The notes below the pieces were generated by a model. It had not been told where the DNA came from. It worked only from the letters and a program-made list of their open reading frames with translations, and made no database searches. 28,800 bases of DNA from an uncultured Methanosarcinales archaeon (lineage in GTDB: Archaea > Nanobdellota > Nanobdellia > Woesearchaeales > CAXGTL01): assembly GCA_964535955.1 (NCBI GenBank), contig CAZHVK010000003.1, forward strand, positions 124,001-152,800, read 5' to 3'. Every line of letters starts with the position of its first letter. Within the stretch, counting starts at the first letter, position 1. Of this stretch, positions 1-6,803 are shown in pieces. The position numbers and the translations under genes are program-made.

Positions 1-797
1 TCTGATTTACAATGAAAATCTGTTTTTTTCTTTCCAAATTCCACCATTTTTTTTAATTCAAATTTATAAAAAAGATCATAGAATGACTTAAGATACTTAT
101 TAGTCTCTTCAAAATGTTTGATAATATCTTTGCTCAATTTCATTGGTTTTTTTGTAAGGTGGTGTGCAATATCATTATACAAATCACCAATCTTTTCAAG
201 TTCTTCAGTAATATAATATATAGTAGTTGTTTTATTTACAGGAGTGTACCCTTTTTTATTTAGGATTCTTCTACAAAAATCAGTAAACTTGTTTATGTTA
301 ACATCTCTAAGAGTGATACTCTTTATATCATCTATATTCTCTCTTTTAGATGCATCCAAAAGATCATCACCCATTGCAAGCAAGAACAAGAAAGTCCTTC
401 TAAAAAGTGTATCAAACTCTTCATATACAGCATGTGTTATTTTTTTGATAGATACATTTTTCTTACCTTCATTAACAATAGCCAATCCTATGCAGGAGTC
501 ACTCATTATCTTTTGTACTTGTTTAAGTTCATTTGAATTTTCAAACGTCACATTTATATCATCATACCCTGACTTATAAGCAGCTGCAATAGTTCTTCTT
601 ATCATGGGATCTAAACCAGATATATTAAGCTTAATACTTTTTGTAGCATATCCTTTTTCTGTTGATATAACTAAAGAATTATCATTTTGTTCAACATTGA
701 TTTCATCACCTCCTTTCAAACCATACTTTTTGACCCATTTAGCAGGCAATGTAATAGTATGTGTACTGTGTCCTTGTTTTATGATTTTTCTTCTCAT
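1..797 (-). CDS. AbrB/SpoVT-domain phosphate uptake regulator, PhoU family (3' end outside window)
   Basis: Not in the ORF track, apparently because there is no stop in the window. Manual translation from ATG 797 gives MRRKIIKQGHSTHTITLPAKWVKKYGLKGGDEINVEQ, a typical AbrB-like N-terminus of archaeal PhoU regulators. GGAGGTG SD upstream; same frame is still open at position 1. Confidence 0.85.
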   Translation of the reverse strand, partial: MRRKIIKQGHSTHTITLPAKWVKKYGLKGGDEINVEQNDNSLVISTEKGYATKSIKLNISGLDPMIRRTIAAAYKSGYDDINVTFENSNELKQVQKIMSDSCIGLAIVNEGKKNVSIKKITHAVYEEFDTLFRRTFLFLLAMGDDLLDASKRENIDDIKSITLRDVNINKFTDFCRRILNKKGYTPVNKTTTIYYITEELEKIGDLYNDIAHHLTKKPMKLSKDIIKHFEETNKYLKSFYDLFYKFELKKMVEFGKKKTDFHCKS

Positions 798-1056
798 ATA
801 TAGGCACCTCCAAAATACTCAAGTAATTATATTCAATATAATTAAATAAAGCTCACACTACCTTTTTTACAATAATATTGATAGTAACACTACTATATAT
901 ATTTTTCGCAATCACTATTGATATATTAGAATACAATAATCACAAACCGGATGCAATATTTACAAATCTTGTAAAGCCATTATTCTTGAGTAACACCATC
1001 ACTATTGAAAATATGCCACCTTATTTTATCCTGTGAACAAAACTATATACTATCCC

Positions 1057-1103
1057 TACTGTAATACATACTGTAAGGATACAATAAAGATACAATAAAG
1101 ATA
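1057..1103 (+). promoter_or_regulatory. Phased direct repeats upstream of RHH gene (candidate operator)
   Basis: TACTGTAA at 1057 and 1069, TACAATAA at 1080 and 1091 (11-12 bp period). GATACAATAAA is an exact tandem duplicate (1078-1099). Confidence 0.45.
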
Positions 1104-1121
1104 AAGAGAGGTTACAGAAAC

Positions 1122-1316
1122 ATGAAATATGTAAATGTTCCATTACCAAAACCAATCATAGATTTGGTTGATAAGATAATTTCAGATGAAAGTAAGGGAT
1201 TCAGATCAAGACCTGATTTCATCCTCCATCATATAAGAATTGCCTTAAAAGAGGAGGACAAAAATGCCCTACAAAATACCTATACAATGTCCGTACTGCG
1301 GCAAGGCACAGATTGA
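1122..1316 (+). CDS. Ribbon-helix-helix (CopG/Arc/MetJ-like) DNA-binding protein
   Basis: YVNVPLPKPIIDLVDKII...GFRSRPDFILHHIR matches the beta-strand/helix/G-x-x-SRxxF helix pattern of RHH proteins. GAGAGG SD upstream. Confidence 0.8.
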   Translation: MKYVNVPLPKPIIDLVDKIISDESKGFRSRPDFILHHIRIALKEEDKNALQNTYTMSVLRQGTD

Positions 1317-1443
1317 GGTTCCTTACAAAAAAGGAACACAAGAAGAATTAGTGTTAAGAGTAGAATTTCTTGAATCACAATTACATAGACTAATGAAAAC
1401 AAACATGGACCTTAGAAAAACCCTATCTAAGGTGATAAAATAA
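1264..1443 (+). CDS. Small CxxC (CPYCG) plus coiled-coil protein, 59 aa
   Basis: Manual translation MPYKIPIQCPYCGKAQIEVPYKKGTQEELVLRVEFLESQLHRLMKTNMDLRKTLSKVIK. GAGGAGG SD at 1251-1257. Below ORF-track cutoff. Confidence 0.65.
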   Translation: MPYKIPIQCPYCGKAQIEVPYKKGTQEELVLRVEFLESQLHRLMKTNMDLRKTLSKVIK

Positions 1444-1467
1444 TTGGGTGAATAGAGAGGTGATAAG

Positions 1468-1587
1468 ATGTTTATGCCTACAATAAGATATCGAAAAGAT
1501 ATGAAACATTTATTTAAATCTAAGTACAGCAACAAAAACAATATCATAACACAAAAAATAAGGTGGGGATTGAAAAATGCAAGCTGA
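1468..1587 (+). CDS. Small basic hypothetical protein, 39 aa
   Basis: MFMPTIRYRKDMKHLFKSKYSNKNNIITQKIRWGLKNAS, with GAGGTGA SD at 1457-1463. Confidence 0.45.
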   Translation: MFMPTIRYRKDMKHLFKSKYSNKNNIITQKIRWGLKNAS

Positions 1588-1687
1588 TATTGAAGCAACT
1601 TAAACAAAAAAAACAAAACATTTTTTTTCATTGTGGGTATGCAACTAGTACATAAAAATCATATAAAATCATGCAAAGGTGATTCAT

Positions 1688-1765
1688 GTGTTGACAAAGC
1701 TGAGAAAAAAACTCAAAGCACTTCGAAGGAAATCAAGAAAAAAGTCAAGAAAAAAAAGAAAGTAA
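1688..1765 (+). CDS. 25-aa Lys/Arg-rich peptide
   Basis: GTG start, MLTKLRKKLKALRRKSRKKSRKKRK, with AGGTGAT SD at 1677-1683. Confidence 0.45.
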   Translation: MLTKLRKKLKALRRKSRKKSRKKRK

Positions 1766-1799
1766 AACAAAAGTAAAAATTTAAATAAAAAACAGGCAG

Positions 1800-4379
1800 G
1801 TGATAAAAATTTCACTTGAAAATAAAATCCAATATCTTGCAATAGGTGAGTTAGCCTTAGGCACAAAAGCATACGACTCCAGAGCAATGGATGGCTTAGC
1901 TTTATTCTTAGAGATAAACAACTACAAGATTGACAACCTTGTAATTGATTCTGGTCTAGTCCCACTTATTCCAGAATATTATGGCATTAATAATGCGAAA
2001 GCTATGAGATTTCTAGGCAACAATGATCAAAAAGAACCAAATAAAAGAGCAGAATTAGTTTTAAGGTCAGATATTGAAGACAAAGATAAAGAATACATTG
2101 AAAAATATATTCTAAAAAAAATAGTAAACAAAAATGAAGCAGTTGATTTTGCAAAAAACGAATTAAAAAAACTAACAGATATTCTAGGGAATATAAGAAT
2201 TGATTATGTCCATGGTGAAGAAGATCAAAGAAATATAATTGCATTAGAGGAATTAAAAATAAATGATTATAAAAGACTGGCACAAAATCAAAATGATTTA
2301 GAAGAAAAAATAAACATATACAAAAAAAACATAAAAAACCTAAAAAAAGAAGAATCAGATATAAGAGAAGAAAAAACAATTCTTCAATATGCTAGGAAAT
2401 ACTTAAGACACAAAGAAAACAAAAAGGGATACATAAAAGAATTTATTCCAATTCTCATTGAAAAAAAACAAGATGAATTTTCAAAATTAAATGATAAGGA
2501 TGCAGAAGAACTCAAACAATTCCTTAAAAAAATAAAAACAACAGATGACATACAAAATAAATTAAATCAGATATATCAAGATCAAAACAGAGCAAATTCA
2601 GAGATAAAACATTTAACCAAAAACATAAGAGAATGTAATATAAGTTTAAACGCACTTGAACGTGAAAAAGAAGCTTCTGGTTTTTTTAGAATAACAAAAA
2701 GACAACATATTAAGCCTGATGAGGAAGAATTATTATATAGATTAGCAAAAAAAGAATACAATGATTTATTATATAATATAATTGATTCTAATAATTTTCA
2801 TATCCATACAGACAAAGAAGTAAACCTTGACATAAACAATACAACATTTTCAATTTATCATAATCCAAACCTAGCTTCAAATAGGCCTTCAAATCAATCT
2901 TTAAAAAAACTTATACAAGAAACTAATCATGATAATAAAACAAGGAAAATTCCACCTGATATAAGAATTACAGCTCATGGTTCTAATGGTTTTAGATTTA
3001 TTCCTACTAGAAAAGATACTGAAAATACTATTCAGGGTGAAAAAAGAAAAACCCCAGAAGTTTCTATGAATATTAAACTACCAACTTTTCAATCACCAGA
3101 CAACCTTGAATACTTAAAAAAGAAAGGTATCACAAATTGGCACACAAAAAGATATACACAAAAAAACTATGCATCAGGAGCAGTAATTCACACAATAACA
3201 CAAGATGGACTTCAATCAATAGAATATTTAGACCATAAAGAATTAGTTAAATTTGGGGAGATTTCCCAAAAAATTAAACAATTAAAAACACAACTAAAAC
3301 AAAATTCCTCCAAAAAACAAAAAACAAGACAAGAAAATAAATCACAAAAATATAAAAAAATAGAGAAAAGTATAAAACAGGAAATCAAAGACTTAGAATA
3401 TTTAGTAAAAACAGAAACTAAAAAAATTGAAGTTTTAGGTGATGTCCATATAGGTTGCCCAAATACACCTGGAAGACCAAGCAATTACCAAGTATTAGAC
3501 AAATGTAAAGAATATCAGCAGAAGAATGGTCTTCCAGATGTAGTTGTTGCAAGCGAAATTCTTCATGGTACAATTGATAAAACCTTTGGAAGCAATAAAC
3601 AATATTTAGCATATGAACCAGCAAAAGTTCAGCAATTGGAAGACAAAATAATAAACAGCAACCTATCTGATAAAGAAAAACTAAAAAAAATAACAGAATT
3701 AAGAAGAGAAACACAAGAAGCAATACCAATAACAAGCAACAGTGTAGCAAAAATTGAAACAAAAAGAAGAGTTATCCCTTACCTAGAAAATATACTAAAC
3801 CTTGGAGGAAAAGTAATTCTTGTTAGTGGAAACCATTATAATGGTTCTACAGGGGAAGATGAAGCATATGAATTAGCATCAATGCTCCCATTAAAATACA
3901 TTGATAATGGTCAAGTTGTAATTTTCCATGGCTTAGGACAAAGATATGGTTGTGGAACAACAAGATTAGATGATAAAAACATTTTATTTTCTGCACATAA
4001 ACCAAAAAAAGGTGCAGATGTGGTTGCAGGTGCAATGCAGCAAATGTTATCTGCAAACAAAAATGCAGATTTGGTAATTTTCTTTGATAAACATCATGCT
4101 GGTGGTGGTTATGCAGATAATTCAACATATACAGCAGCTGCACCCATGCAACCTTATTCTACATATGTGGATATGATTGGAGTAGTTTCTTCTCTTCGCG
4201 GTATCATAAACCTATACTATGATCCAAATAAGCAATACAGAAAATGGGACCTTGTTCTAGATCCTGTTCTTGAACATACACAAAATCAAAACAAAACACA
4301 AAACAAAACACAAAACAAAAATAAAAACAAAAACAAAAACAAAAATAAAAACAAAAACAAAAAGGGTGAGAAAAAATGA
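1800..4379 (+). CDS. Large calcineurin-like metallophosphoesterase-fold protein with coiled coils (degenerate N-terminal and intact C-terminal domain)
   Basis: C-terminal motifs GDVHIG, ASEILHG, SGNHYN, SAH and DKHH. The N-terminal counterparts GELALG, DSGL, HGEED, IYH and TAHG are degenerate. Long K/E-rich coiled coil inserted. Confidence 0.7.
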   Translation: MIKISLENKIQYLAIGELALGTKAYDSRAMDGLALFLEINNYKIDNLVIDSGLVPLIPEYYGINNAKAMRFLGNNDQKEPNKRAELVLRSDIEDKDKEYIEKYILKKIVNKNEAVDFAKNELKKLTDILGNIRIDYVHGEEDQRNIIALEELKINDYKRLAQNQNDLEEKINIYKKNIKNLKKEESDIREEKTILQYARKYLRHKENKKGYIKEFIPILIEKKQDEFSKLNDKDAEELKQFLKKIKTTDDIQNKLNQIYQDQNRANSEIKHLTKNIRECNISLNALEREKEASGFFRITKRQHIKPDEEELLYRLAKKEYNDLLYNIIDSNNFHIHTDKEVNLDINNTTFSIYHNPNLASNRPSNQSLKKLIQETNHDNKTRKIPPDIRITAHGSNGFRFIPTRKDTENTIQGEKRKTPEVSMNIKLPTFQSPDNLEYLKKKGITNWHTKRYTQKNYASGAVIHTITQDGLQSIEYLDHKELVKFGEISQKIKQLKTQLKQNSSKKQKTRQENKSQKYKKIEKSIKQEIKDLEYLVKTETKKIEVLGDVHIGCPNTPGRPSNYQVLDKCKEYQQKNGLPDVVVASEILHGTIDKTFGSNKQYLAYEPAKVQQLEDKIINSNLSDKEKLKKITELRRETQEAIPITSNSVAKIETKRRVIPYLENILNLGGKVILVSGNHYNGSTGEDEAYELASMLPLKYIDNGQVVIFHGLGQRYGCGTTRLDDKNILFSAHKPKKGADVVAGAMQQMLSANKNADLVIFFDKHHAGGGYADNSTYTAAAPMQPYSTYVDMIGVVSSLRGIINLYYDPNKQYRKWDLVLDPVLEHTQNQNKTQNKTQNKNKNKNKNKNKNKNKKGEKK
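4278..4361 (+). repeat. Low-complexity tandem repeat (ACACAAAACAAA then AA[C/T]AAA units) encoding a TQNK/NK tail
   Basis: Directly visible; encodes TQNQNKTQNKTQNKNKNKNKNKNKNKNK at the C-terminus of the 859-aa ORF. Confidence 0.85.
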
Positions 4380-5344
4380 ATCTTAAAAAAACATTAACAA
4401 CAACATTAACAGCTTTGGCATTATTATTTAACCCAATATCATCATCAATATCATCAACAATTTCTAAAACAGAATCTAAAACAGGTTCTTTGATGAATTT
4501 AGTAAGGCAAGCTTATGATAATAAATATGACAATCATTCTTTTTTTACCACAAATGAATACTTAGAAAATATATACAAGTCTTGTTATGAGATTCACACA
4601 AGCCACCAATATGAAGTAGATTATTATGATTTAACAAAAAAGTTAAAAAAAGACAAAAAAGGCAGGATAAAGAGGCCAATAAAAGAAACAAAAACACAGT
4701 ACATAATGAGTGCAGGAAGTTCTTCAGGCTTAAAGATAGTAGATAATGAACTTTATCTAATAACAAACCACCATGTTGTTTCTCCAGAATTTGAAGAAAT
4801 GGATGTTTATAATTTTGTTATTCCTGTTGGTCATGCTAAACTAAAAAAAACAAAAGTTTTGCTTTTTACCAACCCTAAACTAGATCCAGAAACAAAAGAA
4901 CATATTTCAGATGAAGGATTAGAATTAGAATTAGTTGCAAGTGACAAAGACCTTGACATTGCAGTTCTAAAAACAAAAAAACAAGATTATGATAAAATAA
5001 AGGATTACATAACATATGGTAATTTTGGTGACAGCAGTGATCTAAGCCCTGGAAACTGGCTTTATGCAATTGGTTATCCCAACATGTTATCAAACCAATT
5101 AGTCCAAGGTATCTACAAAGGAAATGATAATCCTCATTATCCTAATGATGATACTATCTATCATATGAGCTGCACAGTTATACCAGGTAATTCTGGTGGA
5201 CCTGTTTATGCTCTTAGAGATGGTGTTCCTGAATTAGTAGGCATTGCACGTCAGACACATGGAGCACAAGACGGCGGTGCAATAAAGATCAATCTAGTAA
5301 AAGATTTTCTTAAGAAAAATAAATTAGAGAGGTTATTAGAATGA
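4376..5344 (+). CDS. Secreted trypsin-like (S1) serine protease, no PDZ domain
   Basis: Catalytic triad motifs TNHHV, DIAVL and GNSGGP. N-terminal signal peptide. ATGA overlap with the upstream gene. Confidence 0.9.
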   Translation: MNLKKTLTTTLTALALLFNPISSSISSTISKTESKTGSLMNLVRQAYDNKYDNHSFFTTNEYLENIYKSCYEIHTSHQYEVDYYDLTKKLKKDKKGRIKRPIKETKTQYIMSAGSSSGLKIVDNELYLITNHHVVSPEFEEMDVYNFVIPVGHAKLKKTKVLLFTNPKLDPETKEHISDEGLELELVASDKDLDIAVLKTKKQDYDKIKDYITYGNFGDSSDLSPGNWLYAIGYPNMLSNQLVQGIYKGNDNPHYPNDDTIYHMSCTVIPGNSGGPVYALRDGVPELVGIARQTHGAQDGGAIKINLVKDFLKKNKLERLLE

Positions 5345-5658
5345 CAGAAAAAAAGCAACAACCAAATAGATTAGATAAATTAGTAAACACTGCAAAATTA
5401 TTAGGCAAAATTACTTTTGTAACAGCATACTCTGGAATTTTTCTTTATATAGGATATGCATCAAATGATATTATTCATCAAAAAAATCTAGAAGAAAAAC
5501 CATTATTTGAATCATATTCTTATCAATATGTAGAAGTATACAAAGACAAAGTAATCACACATTCTGAAAAACATGAAGAACTTCCTCCAGCTTTGTTCAA
5601 ATATAATTCTCAAAAGGATCAACAACCAAAATCAAGATCAGATAGACACAAGATATAG
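5341..5658 (+). CDS. Hypothetical single-pass membrane protein
   Basis: ATGA-coupled to the protease; one hydrophobic segment ITFVTAYSGIFLYIGY. Confidence 0.65.
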   Translation: MTEKKQQPNRLDKLVNTAKLLGKITFVTAYSGIFLYIGYASNDIIHQKNLEEKPLFESYSYQYVEVYKDKVITHSEKHEELPPALFKYNSQKDQQPKSRSDRHKI

Positions 5659-5690
5659 GAGAATAAAACAGAAATAATAATTTAAGAACA

Positions 5691-6059
5691 ATGTCAAAAA
5701 ACAATAACAAAAAATTATCAGAACTTTCACACACTGAATTAGTCCATAAAATAAAAAGAAGCCCAGGATTAATAGGGCTTGAAAATATTATAACAGCTTC
5801 TGAAGAAGTAGATTGTTATAATGAAAAAAATAGATTAGTCACTTCTCCTGACATTGTTTTTTACTTAGGAAACAATAATTACATTGCAGTTGAAGTTAAG
5901 ACAAGCAATAGTAGAAGTGCAAGGTTAAAAATGGATATACAACTTCATCGTTATTATGATTTTTTTTTAAAATATTATGGTCTTGAATACGAAATTTTAG
6001 GCGTTTATGTAGAATATGATAAACTCAAGGTCATAAAATATGATCCCAAAAAAAATTGA
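5691..6059 (+). CDS. PD-(D/E)XK nuclease-superfamily protein
   Basis: E...SPDIVFY...IAVEVKT...QLHRY follows the PD-(D/E)XK plus QxxxY pattern. Confidence 0.7.
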   Translation: MSKNNNKKLSELSHTELVHKIKRSPGLIGLENIITASEEVDCYNEKNRLVTSPDIVFYLGNNNYIAVEVKTSNSRSARLKMDIQLHRYYDFFLKYYGLEYEILGVYVEYDKLKVIKYDPKKN

Positions 6060-6070
6060 GGTTGATACAT

Positions 6071-6379
6071 ATGAAAAATACAAAAAAAACAAAGTCAGAA
6101 CTAATTGAAATGGTTGATAAAACATACAAATCTGTTCCAAAAGAAGTTATTGATAATTTAAGAGATGCATTTAGTAAATGGTCAGATCCTAATACACCAG
6201 AATGGGAAAGATATGGTTTAGAAAAAGGTATTGGTGAATTTATTCTAAATCTTCATGATGCAGGCTATTATACAGAAATGTTTAGTAGGGCTTATCTTGC
6301 AATCTTAAAAAATTTTTACAAAAAAGGGTATGCAACTAGTCCATCAAAATTTTATAAAGAATTTATAGGTGAAAACTAA
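6071..6379 (+). CDS. Hypothetical protein
   Basis: ORF 6056-6379. ATG at 6071 preferred because GAGGTTGA SD lies at 6058-6065. Confidence 0.7.
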   Translation: MKNTKKTKSELIEMVDKTYKSVPKEVIDNLRDAFSKWSDPNTPEWERYGLEKGIGEFILNLHDAGYYTEMFSRAYLAILKNFYKKGYATSPSKFYKEFIGEN

Positions 6380-6603
6380 TGAGATTAGAACACATCTGTC
6401 AGCATGTTAGTACAACAAAAGACAGTAAATATTATTGTAAAGCCAGATCAATCGCAGCTCTTGACTGCAAATATCTTGGTAATCTATTCACATATGACAA
6501 GACCCCTTACAGATTTTGTGAAAAACCAGGTGATCCTGTGATTGACATTTACAATTTTTTCAAGAATTTATTTTTACAATTTTACAATTGCGTTGTGAAA
6601 TAG
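6379..6603 (+). CDS. Small Cys-rich hypothetical protein
   Basis: TAATG stop/start overlap, AGGTGA SD, five Cys in 74 aa. Confidence 0.6.
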   Translation: MRLEHICQHVSTTKDSKYYCKARSIAALDCKYLGNLFTYDKTPYRFCEKPGDPVIDIYNFFKNLFLQFYNCVVK

Positions 6604-6743
6604 TAATGATGTTTAGGAAAAAATTGTTGTGGTTTGAATAATTTTAACTCATCCCCAAACCTGAGATTAAATTTCTATCAGACCACCACAAAAAACCTAA
6701 CAATATGAAATTCATAGTGAGGGGCTATCCTAGACATCTGCTA
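6601..6743 (+). ncRNA. Candidate structured RNA leader upstream of Lon
   Basis: Nested stems 6601-6618/6728-6743, 6624-6637/6678-6691 and 6704-6716, with three G-U wobbles that only work on the + strand. Confidence 0.4.
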
Positions 6744-6752
6744 AGATTTCAT

Positions 6753-6776
6753 CACACACACACACACACATACACA
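6753..6776 (+). repeat. (CA)9-TA-(CA)2 microsatellite
   Basis: Directly visible, 27 nt upstream of the probable Lon start. Confidence 0.9.
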
Positions 6777-6803
6777 TTTCACCAAAAAACAAGAGGGATA
6801 ATC

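Noticed and set aside
244..849. Plus-strand ORFs 244-579 and 604-849
   Set aside because: Shadow ORFs antisense to the AbrB/PhoU gene. The other short antisense Phe/Leu/Ile-rich ORFs in the track were dismissed likewise.
6640..6735. Twister ribozyme
   Set aside because: TCCCCAAACC, CCTAAC and GTGAGGGG recall twister motifs, but their order and pairing fit none of the permutations.
6705..6803. His/Thr-rich N-terminal extension of Lon
   Set aside because: It is a translation of the CA microsatellite. The SD supports ATG 6804.
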